A stretch of DNA of 42,996 nucleotides. Origin: Porpidia crustulata (Eukaryota). The stretch spans positions 1-42,996 of the forward strand of contig CAXUWE010000003.1 of assembly GCA_964255105.1 (NCBI GenBank), read 5' to 3'. The notes under the pieces are model-generated. The model was not told the origin of the DNA, did not search any database, and was given only the letters and a program-made list of their open reading frames with translations. This document shows positions 24,301 to 38,020 of this stretch, in pieces (the stretch's first letter is position 1; each line of letters begins with the position of its first letter). A program made the position numbers and the translations under genes.

Positions 24301-26057
24301 ATGGGAGCAGATCATTCGTCGGGCACTGGCGATAGCAGTGGCACTGGAGAGAGACCGCAACAGAGTCCTCGAGAAGTGAAGACATGTTATTACGAGGTTC
24401 TTGGAGTTGAACGCCAGGCTTCAGAAGACGAGTAGGCAGTATTATGGTGTTTTACACTTCGGAGGACGCTTATTGACTCTACAGGATCAAGAAAGCGTAC
24501 CGCAAGAAAGCCTTGGAACTTCATCCAGATCGGAATTATGGGAATATTGAAGAGACTACGAGGCTCTTTGCTGAGGTCCAATCGGCGTATGAGGTGCTCT
24601 CAGACCTTCAGGAAAGAGCGTGGTATGACTCGCACCGCGATGCTATCCTTGGGAATGAGGCGGAGGTATCTGGAGGGACCTTTGAGCACAACGTACGCCT
24701 CACATCCGCGGAAGATCTAATGCGCATATTCGGCAAGTTCGCTGGGAAGGTTGATCTCTCGGATTCGAGTACAGGCTTTTACAGTGTTCTTCGAGACACT
24801 TTTGCTACTCTCGCAAGAGAGGAAGCACTAGCCTGTGAATGGGAGGATCTTGACTGTGTTGTGTACCCGTCGTTTGGGAATGCCAACGATGATCATGATG
24901 ACGTGGTCAAGCCCTTCTACACTGCATGGAGCAGTTTCGTAACTGCAAAGAGCTTTTCGTGGAAAGACGTCTATCGATATCCAGATGCGCCTGATAGGAG
25001 AATACGGCGCTTGATGGAAAAAGAAAACAAGCGATTTCGCGGAGAAGGCATCCGAGAATTCAATGATGCTGTGAGATCTCTTGTAGCTTTCGTCAGGAAA
25101 CGCGATCCAAGATTCAAACCGAATACTCAAAGCGAGGCGGATCGACAGAAGACTCTACGTGATGCAGTTGCGGCTCAAGCTGCTCGTTCAAGAGCAGCCA
25201 ATCAAGCCAAGTCTACCCCTGCAGAATCAGTACCAGACTGGATGATGAGCCAAGAGGCGTATGACGATGGTGAAAGTGACGAGAGCGGGGCCCCACCTGA
25301 CGAGCATGTCGAATGCGTCGTGTGTAAGAAGTCATTTAAGAGTGAAAAGCAATATGAAGCACATGAGAAGAGCAAGAAACATGTCAGAGCCATTCAACAG
25401 CTCCGAAGACAAATGGAAAAAGAGAACATAATTTTCGAGCTACAAAAGGACAACAATGTTATAGAAGCAAGACCTACTGAAGTCGAAACCCAGAATATTT
25501 CATGTGTACTTACAGATGGGTCTGCAAAAGAATTCAACGAAGCCAGCGAAGAGCAATCGAAAAGTAATCATACAGCCCTCCGTACTAGCGGAAGCGACCA
25601 AGTAGATGATGACCAGGCAGAGATAGTCATTCAAGCTACGTTGAGACCGAAAGACAGACCGGAACTGAATTCCGATGATGATCCATCGTCCTCTTCCAGC
25701 TCAGACGATGAGTACGCAAATCGAAGCAAGGTCGAAAGCCGAATCCTAGACGAAGTCAAAGCAGATGACTCACATCAGAACGTTTCGTCATTGGATGTCG
25801 ACGTCGACGGTGTGTCAACTGCACTCGCCGCAGATCATCAAACCATGCCACCGAAGCTCGGTAAAGCAAAAGTAAAACGCGCCAAAAAGGCTGCGCAAAA
25901 GGCTGTGAGGGTTGCCAGCTCGGACACAGAGTTCAAATGTGCAGCATGTCAGGCGGGATTCCCTTCTAAGACTAGGCTGTTTAACCATATCAAAGACCTG
26001 GGACACGCACAGCAAATATCTGAAGCCGCAAAAGGCGCAGAGGGAAAGAAGCGTTGA
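24301..26057 (+). CDS. JJJ1: J-domain protein with C2H2 zinc fingers (Jjj1/DNAJC21-like, 60S biogenesis co-chaperone)
   Basis: YYEVLGV..|IKKAYRKKALELHPDRN (HPD motif), ERAWYDSHR, RRLMEKENKR, zinc fingers CVVCKKSF..HEKSKKH and CAAC..F..LFNH; intron 24432-24484. Confidence 0.9.
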
Positions 26058-26651
26058 GGACATCGCATCGGCGCCTGGCGTTTCAAACGAGGGATAGAAT
26101 TCTAGGATTGACGGCGATAAACTTTAAAAGTGCAGTGGCGCGATGGGTTTGATGCTTTCGCGGAGCGTTCTGGTGTGCGATTTACATCTGGAGGAGGTTG
26201 CATTGAAGGACCTGATGAGCGATCGATGGTGCTGTCGTGACCGGAATCTCTCCATTTACACGCAACACACAGATCATACAGCTACTGTCAAGACAATATA
26301 GAAGCCGCCATACCTTAGTTGAATAATACCGCTTGGCTGCGATATCTACCAAACCCCTTGCTCATAGATTTTGGTTGTCACTGTCGGTGAGGGCGAGAAA
26401 TGCTGCCATAGGTTTATCAAGTGTCGAACGGACGAGCCAGATCCTTAATTCCACCCGGTAAATGCTTTTGTTGTCAATCCCGATTGTAGGTAGGCCATGG
26501 ATCGTTCTATTCACGTCAGGTTCGACAGAAACTCACTTTTTTTTCTCCGACATTTCAAAGCTTTTTGCGTTCCTGATCTTCAGCAAGGTAAGATCCTGGA
26601 GCGCGCTCATCATTCACAATTGAGGATCGAGATGGCTTCTGGCTTGAATAA

Positions 26652-26666
26652 TAGGGTTAGGGTTAG
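26652..26666 (+). repeat. Interstitial telomere-type repeat TAGGGTTAGGGTTAG
   Basis: Read directly; its flank resembles the interior of the 21.6-kb MITE. Confidence 0.8.
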
Positions 26667-27193
26667 TGCGGTATATAACCTTCGGTCAACTTCAATAGCT
26701 TAGCTGTATAAAAAGGAGGGTATCTTAAGTGTGGTAAAGCGTCTCCAAAATGTGCAAGGCATGTGAAGGAGTCCGTACGACTAAGAAAAACATAAATGGG
26801 TTTACAAAAGATCATCTCTTGATTCCTTCTAGGAACATCATGTTTATTCCATGGGGAATCATGCTGGATAAATTTCCGTGATTCTGACAAGGAATTACAC
26901 CAAGTCTGCTTGTACTTGTTCGGTAGCAACCTAGCAGTCCTTTCATTACGACGATATCATCTACATGTAACAGGCAGACAGGGGCACTTTACTTCGATGG
27001 AATATCAGACTTGCGCATCGAGCTCCAGTTCTATAGCAAAGAGAACGACAGCGCCCAGGAACCCTCTTATGCAATGTGAAAATGTCCAGCTCGCTATATC
27101 ATACAGAAAATTCTTTCCTCTCCATTTCCGAGCAACGGTACAAGCGAAACTCAGCGCGCTCTATCGTACAGTCTCATCGCCATTGCCCAACCC

Positions 27194-29795
27194 TTATCCT
27201 AGACCGGCCTTCGTAGTCTTCACAACATGTGTCACCGGCTGCATAATCCCCTTGTTGTTTAGAGCACCCAATGCGGTTCCAGTACTCCATCCCATTTTCT
27301 CTAACATAGTCCGGCCCCTATTATCCAATCCGATTTCAGGGGCTGTCGCACCGACCACCTCACCATCTCGATACGATACGCCTGTACTGCCGAAGCCACC
27401 TCCTCGACCCCTTCGAGCTGTAGTAGCACCTCTGGTGGAGCCTTTGGCCCCGTGCTTATCTGGGCGATACATAAAGCGTCTGGAATTCATCCGGACTTCA
27501 ATGCTACTTAGAGCATCCTCATCGTAGTCGGTGGTGCGAGCCGTTTTGTAAAGAGTTGGAAATCGAGATGTACCGCCACCAACGGACTTGGACTTCAAGT
27601 TGAAGACGTTGGCAATTTCATGTACCCTTTTCCGACCACGGGGGTTCATTGGTGGCAAGGGGAGACTGCAATACTTAGCAAAGCGTTACTTTGTGGCAGA
27701 ATCGAGACCCACGTTTCTTTTGAGGATACTAGGAATTCGCCAATTTCCCGCTTTACGTCCTCCCAGGACATGCCCATCATATACTTGGCTTTCAAGTCCA
27801 CGTTGCCCTTCTTTCCCAACAGACCTTGAGCGCGGAGCTCTTCACGTTCCTGCTTTCGTATTTTCTTCCTGGATCGATCTTTCTCCCAAACCGTTTGGAC
27901 TGCATTTTCTAGCTCACTGTCGGACAACTCCCAAGCAACTTGTCCTTTCGACTTTGTCCGTAGACTAGGGCGGTCACGGTCCATTATGTCAAAGTCGTTG
28001 TAAGAACTCGTTCCAATCAAATCGGTAAAATTGCCTGCTGAAATCAAGTTGTTTCGATTTCTTATTCTCTTTGTCGGCTGGGCTCTAATTCGGTTCCAAA
28101 AGGAAAGAGGACGTGGTGCCACTTCATCATCCCATCCCCTAGATGCATGTCCCTCGTCACCGTCAAAAAGGACCAGCTCGTCAGAACCTAAACCTAGCAC
28201 TTCTTGCTTGGATAGTAACCGTGCAATTTGTTCATCCGTCATCATCGCCTGTTTTCGATTCAGAAGATTCTGTTCATCATTGATGTCATCTAGCTCATCT
28301 TGGAGGTCCGCGGCTACCTTCTCGTCCATTATCGCACTGTCGTACGATTGCTCACTCTCCAGTACGGTATCTCCCATGCTTAGAAGCCCAGACTCAAAGA
28401 TGCGAATTTCTTCCACCGCATTGGGGGCGTCAAGACTACTTTGTAGGATCCAACGAGCGTCGTCAACTGTATAACCCTGCCAGACAATAAGGTACTGCAC
28501 ACCTGAAGCTCTTGTACGTTTTGAAAGAACTCTTTCCACCCTGTCCTGGACTTCATCTGAGGTACTTAGATCGTAGAAATCTTTCAAGTCCGTGCTATCC
28601 CAGCCAATAATATCCCGCGAGGATTTGTTTGATTGATGTACCGGTTCATAGTCGGATGACTGATCTTGCCATCCTTCGCTGTCTGTGGTCCCCAAGATGG
28701 GTCTCAAGCCCATGTAGCTTTTGATTGAGCCTTTCACTTGTTCGCCATCGTCTATATGTTCAATGTAGTCTGTGAGAATCTCGTCCACTCCAATTTCCTT
28801 TAGTGAGCGCTTTTTGTGCTCATCACGCCGGCTACGTTTCGAATCTGGCTTATGATCACAACCAAGTAAAGCACTCGTATGTGATTCACCAGCGGATATT
28901 CCGCTTTCCAAACATAGAGGCTGTGCTAGTGTATTTCTCTTGGTACTCATAGATATGGGATCATTGACTATGGTAACGTTTTTCTTGCTTGAGGTATGTA
29001 TTGGCTCCAAGATAGGGCAAAAGGTTGACGGCTCAGGACTTAACATAGGACGAAATGAATCAATAAGGCTTGCAGTACTCCTCGGTTTTGTCGGAGCGTG
29101 GTTCCGGCCCGAAAACAGTATGACCTCTTCATTGGAATCCAATGACGATACCGAAAGCGAGCGACCCAAAACGGGATTCGGGAAGCCGGTTTCTACCTGA
29201 TTCGATGAGCCGTCCATGTCCGTAAAGAACATTTCTTGATTTGCTTCAGGCTCAGTATAGCAATCCGCTGAGTTAATCCGTTTAAGGGCCACCATGAATT
29301 CACTATTGCTTGGTCCTGTCAAAGATTCTAGAGATGGCTTCTTAGGTAATTCTTCTTCTAGTGTTAGATTTGCCATAGATATTTTAGATTGCGTGTCATG
29401 TAGCATAGTAATCTTTCTTCCTGTGCTGCTGCCTGCCTCCCGATCAGGTTGTACCGCCTCCCCCGGGGTAAACCGACCCGCGTTCACAAAGTTGACTTTA
29501 GCGTGCCGCAATTTAAGATCCGAATTCCAAAGGTGGTGAAGCTCGGTGTTTCTCGCCTCTTCCGCGAGAGAAAATGTAGCTGGATAGTGGCCTTAAATGC
29601 ATACGTAGTCAGCACTGTTTTCCATGAGACTTAGAGTCATTAGAACCAACTCTTATTTGACCGCCCATTTGGCTGTCCGGTATGGTTCAGAGATACACGA
29701 TTCTTGTTAAGCCCATTGTCAACTGTTGCTCTGCTTCTTGGTGTGCCACCGCGGCCACCGCGACCTCCTCGACCTCCTCGTCCCCCTCTACCCAT
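27194..29795 (-). CDS. SQS1: R3H and G-patch domain protein (Sqs1/Pfa1-like)
   Basis: N-terminal MGRGGRGGRGGRGGRGG, SLAEEARNTE, R3H (PPMNPRGRKRVHEIANVFNLKSKS), C-terminal G-patch NRGRTMLEKMGWSTGTALG...KAGLG; two introns. Confidence 0.85.
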
Positions 29796-30467
29796 ACAAA
29801 GATATTTTTAAGTTGAATAAGCCGAGGGTATTTGTGCTAATTGACAGTAAGTGCTAATTGTTCTCTGTGAAATGACATGCAAACAGAAGGAATGAATATA
29901 TGCTGCAAAGCTCGTGGTAAGTAAGACTAGTACATATTTACTACGATCGGCGCGCGGGACGGGATGACGCCCGTTGGCCGATAGCAATCAGAAGCGTGCC
30001 CTAGGCAGCTGAGCCTCGAAGCTTTACGCCATCTCTTCTACGATTAAATACTTGAACTTTCGCCTTCCTCTTCTCATCAAGCTGTTCAAGACGAGCCTAT
30101 GATTTGAGAACAAATCAAGGCTGGACAAACAAAGTACTTTTCCACCTTCATCTTGATCGATGAAACTCGCTAACATCTTGTCGAGTCAACAGCCGCAGAG
30201 CCGGGCTTGCGCTATTGAGGATGTAGAATGACAGCATATTCACATCCTCGTATCTTCAATATACCGGCTTCTGGGAGTTCAAGCGTCTCGTGTAAAGCTG
30301 TACGCGCCAACGGGAAGTGAGACCGCGTGTCGACGCTGGTCTTGGTTTCTATAAGCGTAACGGCCAACGCCCTCAGGCTTTCACCTTTGCTGAACTCTCT
30401 TTCGTGATTTCGCCCCTCCGATCACCCTAGGTTGTCTCGTGTTTTCAATTCTGTTGGACGCAAAACC

Positions 30468-31908
30468 ATGTCGAACGTCGATTTCAGACCATATAAGCGG
30501 ATAGTACAATACTTCTGGGACCCGGAACCCAAGAACGATGAAGCCTCCAAATCTCCAATATGGTGTCTAGGTACAGAGTATGGTGGCCCTACAGACAACA
30601 TAGGCGCAAAGCCTCCTACTCCTCAAATCCAGCCTGATGTTGAATTCCGCTCTATATCAAATGGGCATGATTCGGAACGATCGCCGAAACGGACTAAGCA
30701 TGCAATATCCAATGGCGATCATGAAGAAGCGATGAATTCTCGCGGTGACGCGACTCATCAAGATCATGAATGGCCGAGTGAGTTCCTAGACGACTTCGGA
30801 TCACGAATGTGGTTTACTTATCGTTCGAACTTCCCGGCCATTATGAAGTCGCAGGACCCAAGTGCACTGACTGCAATGTCCCTCTCGGTACGATTGCGTA
30901 GCCATTTAGTGGATCAAGGAGGGTTTACATCAGACACTGGATGGGGTTGTATGATTAGATCAGGTCAAAGCCTTCTTGCGAACGCCTTGGTAATGATACG
31001 ATTGGGAAGAGGCATGATATACCTCCGATGATTACTTGGCAATCCTCGGGCTGACCATCAATAGATTGGCGACGTGGAATGCGGCAGCAAGAAGAACGAC
31101 AGCTCATTTCTCTATTTGCTGATGACCCCAACGCTCCTTTCTCCATACATCGGTTCGTAGAATATGGCGCTTTGGCTTGTGGAAAGCACCCTGGCGAGTG
31201 GTTTGGGCCTTCTGCAACTGCAAGATGTACCAAAGCTCTTTCTGAAGAATGCTCAGATACTGGACTGAAAGTGTACATCACGGGTGATGGTGCAGATGTA
31301 TATGCCGATAGCTTTCACAAAATTTCAAAGGCTGTGGATGGGACATTCACACCAACACTTATTCTCGTTGGCATTAGACTAGGCATCGATCGTATCACTC
31401 CAGCGTATTGGAACGCGCTGAAAGGGTCGCTACAATTGCCTCAGTCTGTTGGTATCGCAGGGTATGCCATTCATAGTTCTGATACATTGCAGACTGACAT
31501 CCCGTTAGTGGGCGTCCATCCTCGTCCCATTACTTTGTCGGTCTGCAAGGCGATCATTTCTTTTATCTAGACCCACATCAGCCTCGATCCGCCTTACCGT
31601 TCCATAAAGACCCTACTGTGTATACTGAGGGAGAAGTAGATTCGTGCCATACTCGGCGGTTGCGCCGCCTGTCTCTCAAAGATATGGATCCTAGCATGCT
31701 CATTGGATTCCTCATCAAAGACGAAATGGATTGGGAAAGCTGGCGATCCGCGATATGCAAGATTGAAGGAAAACCCGTGGTTCATATAGCAGATACGGAG
31801 CCTGTGCTTCAAGGCAATGGCCATGAGCGGCAAAGTGCAGTGGACGATGTAGAATCATTCGATGATGACGAAGGTGATGGTGAGCTAATCGAGCATCCTT
31901 CGTCGTGA
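30468..31908 (+). CDS. ATG4: Autophagy cysteine protease Atg4 (peptidase C54)
   Basis: RIVQYFWDPEP, WFTYRSNF, SDTGWGCMIRSGQSLLANA (catalytic Cys), GEWFGPS, IAG|GRPSSSHYF, YLDPH, MDPSMLIGF; two internal introns. Confidence 0.95.
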
Positions 31909-32444
31909 AGGATGCTCTTTACTGCTCCTTAGAAGTGGGTCATAGGCTCTTAATATTTCTGTAGGAATGCCTTCAGAGACTTGACAGTTTTTTACTTGTT
32001 ATGTAATACATCATGAAGGTGTAACCAGCTGTCCACGCAAACAATTTCTTTGCCACAGGTCCAGCTCTTGGAGTACGGGCATGATTCCATGGAACATTGT
32101 TGCAAACGACCGCGCAAAGCCTGACCAAGTTCAACGCACCCAAGCAACGAGTCTATCTGTCAAGTTATGAATATCCTAGAAGTTGGGAGGAAAATAGCAC
32201 AAGATCGAATATTAGTTCAATCGAATGACATGAATCGGAGAAGTTTAGTTGGAAAATTGTTCGTCACATGCTTTAGTTCCTCGGGTATTGTTATTGTACA
32301 GGCAGAAGCTCACCCCCGATGCGAACCGTGCAGACATTTGGCTCCAGATATGCCGTCCCGTACCACATTAGAAATCCCTATGAACACCAGTGAAAACAAC
32401 AGCCGTCGCTTCTTCACAAAATGTAATTCCAAGTATCGGTCACT

Positions 32445-33036
<592 letters not shown>

Positions 33037-33494
33037 TCTTGGTGGATGCGACTGAGAAGTGGAAATCTGGTATGAGTGAGTACTAAAACCTGGGTTAAAT
33101 TGATACGGCGGCGCGTGATAATTTGGTCGAGAGATTGATGGATGAAAAGAAAAGGAATGCGGGCGGCGAGGGAATATATAGTCGTTGGCAGGCAGGCGTG
33201 ATTCCCTTGGCGCGCTGGGCTTAAATGCGCTAAGCGAGCAATAACATTTTGCGTGTTGGAAAACCAAAACATAAAAACACCTAATACTGCGTGACTAAGC
33301 GAGGTGTTAGCACCACCAACTCGCTCAAATCATTAGGTTCGCGTTGATACTACTTAAATCCATCCGCCCCAATCCTTCTTCCTCTCCTCCATCCATTTTC
33401 AACTCATATCAACTTCTACGCAACGCACGCTCTCAGCCTTTAGCGACTCACGTAAACACAGATCCAGTTTCTCCAATCAACCAAACCTATCAAC

Positions 33495-34115
<621 letters not shown>

Positions 34116-34633
34116 AGGGCGCTGGGTCCATCTTGCGTGGGTGTGGAAGCTATTCTTGCTTTTTTCATACGGTAATGGGGTTTGGGGGAAACCAGGTTCA
34201 TGATACCGGGCTCACGGCTTTGATTTTTTGAGGGAATGTACATTACGTCTACGGCAACGGCATGATTCTAGGCAAATAGGAATCGGATTACTTCAAATGT
34301 CGCCTATTCCTAGTGGCCTCCAGTCATCTTTACGTGACAACTTCTATTACAACACCAATTTTGTGTCAAGATGTGTCAATTTCGTGGTTATACTGGAATA
34401 TCCCCAAATCCTCCACCACTATAGTCGCTACATTATGATTACTGGGTCATGATAGGTGGGAAACATTGTACTGTAGACTCGAACAGCCCAGTAATTCTAG
34501 GGATCTACTTTCGCCTGGCAGATATCAAGATACTTTGGACTTTCGTTCAACTGTATGAAGAAGTATGTATTTAATATTTACAAGACACAAAGACAACTGT
34601 AGACTACAAGCGTCCATTTAGCAATGACCCACA

Positions 34634-35165
34634 TCACAGTGTTGCAGGAGGTGGAGCTGGGTGAGAGCTTTTTGTCAGCGCGATTTTTGCTTAGGGTACT
34701 TTTGATACATACGATCGAGTATCGGCGGTGGTAGGTTTCTCTCAAATTTGGAACCTAATAGATTTTCAGCTTATTTTGCCCCTTTGAGGGAGTAGTATCA
34801 ATTACCTCCTGGTGCTGTGGGTGCACGATACGGATCGGGATGCTTCCATTTCTCAAGCAGGTCTTCGGTCTCTTGGAAAAGAGCCTAGCCAATGCTAAGC
34901 AGAAGTTCCAAAATGAAATACAAATGCTCAATGCGTATACCAACCCGTTGTTGTCGCGGCTCTCTCAAATTCTTGTTGGCATCAAATAATGACCGGATGT
35001 AAACGGCTTGCCCGCGCCAAATGTATCGATGAACCGCCCAATCGAGGGAAAGCTTTAAACTTCGGCGGTATAGAGAGCTGAGAGTGCTGTCAGCATAGAC
35101 ACATACATTGACAGCTGTAGCATCTTGGAATACCAAACTGCCTGTTTGCTTGCCATGCTTGCCAT
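34634..35165 (-). CDS. NDUFB9: Mitochondrial complex I subunit NDUFB9/B22 (LYR family), multi-exon
   Basis: SLYRRSLKLSLDWAVHR..IRSLFDAN, LLEKWKHPDPYRAPTAPG|GSKFERNLPPP. Start ATG is either 35165 or 35156; TGA at 34634. Confidence 0.88.
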
Positions 35166-35483
35166 CAAGGGCGTTTAAGAGTGGTGACACACAGCGTCAG
35201 TATCGCTAGTACGATCTGCCCCAGAAAGCAGACGAACTTAAGGGTTGATCGCTCCTCTAGACATTCGTTTGTCGCATGCTTGCTAGAGAGTGTCGTTTGT
35301 CGCGCGCTTCGGTGCAAAGACATTCCTCGGCTGCTGAGCTGCCAGTCCTAGCCAAATAACTTAGCTTCGTATCCAATTGAATACGCAAGATCCCTATCAC
35401 TACACCAACTCTCATATTGTCGCTCATTTCATATGCCTCTTCTTCAATATTAGCATCACCATATTGTTGGCCTCTTCGTCAAT

Positions 35484-37538
35484 ATGGCAAGCCGGCAATG
35501 TTGGGTCCGGATCGACCGTCTTGGAGCTCAACGATGTAGAAGATCACTGCTTCTGGGGAACGCTACAAGGACTTATGCGTTTGCTTGCCTTCAACCGAAA
35601 AACCCCAGCAGACTGATGACTGTATTTTCCTTGTTTCCAGGAATGCAATCAAGGTACTACTTCCCTACGCATGCGGTCTATGTTGGGCTTAGGTTTACCT
35701 AATGTGAATGCAGGAAATTCAAGTCTAGAACGAGCCAAGTCTGCCCGTCACCTATCTGTCGACGCTTCTATGGTCTGCGTAAGAGTATCCTGAGGTTCTC
35801 TGGGGGCTAACATTTCTTAGCGGACAAGGTCGTTAAGGTTCCTGACATGGCAGAGTCAATCTCGGAAGGCACTCTAAAACAATGGTCCAAGAGTCGGTTA
35901 CTTCCCTTTGCTCAGTATTACACCAAGACTACAGCTAAGACAGAGTCCAGAAATTGGGGACTACGTCGAACAGGACGAAGAAATTGCAACAATTGAGACA
36001 GACAAGGTATCAAGCCGGTGCTCGTCATATCAATCAGCACTACATCGCTTATCAAAATAATGTTGGTAGATTGACGTGGCAGTGAATGCTCCAGATGCCG
36101 GTACCATTAAGGAATTTCTTGCGAATGAAGAGGATACTGTCACCGTTGGGCAAGATCTCCTGAAAATGGAGGTTGGTGGGGATCCGGGAATGGGTGGGAA
36201 ACAGAAGGGTGGTCAAGAGCCCAAAGCACCGGCTTCGGATGATCAACCAACGTCCTCCGATCCCAAGCCTTCGGAAACAGAAGCCGGTTCTCCTCAAGAG
36301 CCTCCTTCAACCACATCGCCATCACCAAACAATAAAGACACAGAGCCTCGGCAACAAGAACGCGAGCCGAGTCCGCCAAAGCAACAGCCATATCCGCAAT
36401 CAAGCTCACCCAGGCCGGCAGATGGAAAGGCTCCAGACACTAAGGGCTCAGATGGTGAGGTTGCCTATGGCAGCCGCGAGGAGCGACGGGTGGGGTTTCC
36501 ATAATCATTGCCGAAAGTGCCGATGCTAAATTTCTTTGCAAGGTGAAAATGAATCGGATGCGTCTACGTATCGCTGAGCGTTTAAAACAGTCTCAGAACA
36601 CTGCGGCCTCACTAACAACATTCAATGAAGTGGACATGTCGTCTTTGATGGAGTTCAGGAAGCTGTATAAGGATGACGTGCTGAAAAAGATGGGCGTAAA
36701 ACTTGGCTTCATGAGCGCTTTCTCGCGTGCATGTGTACTTGCGATGAGGGAAGTTCCAGCAGTTAACGCGTCGATAGAGGGCCCAAATGGCGGAGACACC
36801 ATAGTCTATCGAGACTATGTTGATATTAGCGTAGCTGTGGCGACGCCAAAAGGCCTAGTCACACCGGTGGTTCGCAATACGGAGGCCATGGATTTGATAC
36901 AGATTGAAAGTTCTATCGTAGACCTAGGGAAGAAGGTAACCATCATTAGTGCAAAACGCCTTCGTGGGAATCTAACTTCAGGTACCAGGCTCGTGATAAC
37001 AAATTGACGATTGAGGATATGGCTGGAGGTACCTTCACCATTAGTAATGTAAGGAATTCTTAACAGTCCAATTAGTCGCCAGCTCACAGGTAATGAATAG
37101 GGTGGTGTTTTTGGATCGCTTATGGGTACTCCAATCATCAATTTACCACAGACTGGTACGATTTCAGGGCCATATTGCCCTCTTCATATGATTGATTATA
37201 TTTTTAGCTGTATTGGGTCTGCATGCAATCAAGGAGAAACCAGTAGCCATCAACGGCAAGGTCGAGATTCGCCCAGTATGTTCTTCTTCTTCTTCTTCTT
37301 CTTCTTCTTCTTCTTCTTCTTCTTCAGCAGCATCCTCCTTCAGCTTTTTCTTCGCTTACCGGCAACTAGATGATGTACCTGGCACTCACTTATGATCACC
37401 GGCTTTTAGACGGCAGGGAAGCAGTGATCTTTCTCGTGAAGGTAATTTACCAACTAATAACTTCGTACGAGCGAATACTGACATCACCCACAGGTGAAGG
37501 AATACATTGAAGATCCAAGGAGAATGCTTCTCGGTTGA
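35484..37538 (+). CDS. KGD2: Dihydrolipoamide succinyltransferase (E2 of 2-oxoglutarate dehydrogenase), multi-exon
   Basis: Arg-rich presequence, [13 protein letters not shown], lipoyl motif [40 protein letters not shown], catalytic [12 protein letters not shown]. Confidence 0.96.
37281..37325 (+). repeat. (TTC)15 microsatellite within a KGD2 intron
   Basis: 45 nt of perfect TTC directly after the GTATG donor of intron 37276-37369. Confidence 0.97.
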
Positions 37539-38020
37539 ATTCAGACACGGACAATAGGTCCGAGGTCCGAGTCGTACTATGTGTGCTCCAACTTAGGCAT
37601 CATGTAAATAGCAGCCTCTCTAGCCTGATAGGCAAGGAAATCCTGGTTTTCTTCTACTGCAGATTCTTGCAAGAAGTCCATGCCAAATAAGTCCTCTACT
37701 ATTAAACTATGAATTTTCAGCAGCATCGAACCAGTTTCTACTCACAATCGTGTACGCCATGTGTTTGCTTCGAAGCTTGCGCTCAGAATGCAGACATGAG
37801 CAACTTCCAGGTCGCTCGAATTCAAGAGCAACTTCCACGAACTTTCGTCCAGTCGGTGCTTTAGGACTTTCCTATCAGCCGTGTGTACTTATGCTCCTGT
37901 CCTGTATACATCTTGTGCACAGTGCAAATAAGCATGGTGGAGTAGGCCTCGTTCAAAGAAATTCATTCCTACCCTAATTTGAATATCAATTGAGGGCGGA
38001 GTGAGCTCCAAATCATCAGA

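Noticed and set aside
26423..26782. Weak inverted repeat (GTCGAACGGAC / GTCCGTACGAC) around the orphan telomeric core
   Set aside because: Only about 11 bp with a mismatch and no CTCG terminus or clear TSD.
26060..27190. Telomerase RNA gene around the CTAACCCTAACCCTA tract
   Set aside because: Tract is about 2.5 repeats (templates are about 1.5), its flank matches a MITE interior, and no pseudoknot or other TER element was identified.
26910..29539. Plus-strand ORFs of 80-205 aa
   Set aside because: Antisense shadows of the Sqs1-like gene.
37122..37395. Poly-Phe / poly-Ser ORFs
   Set aside because: Translation of the intronic (TTC)15 microsatellite.
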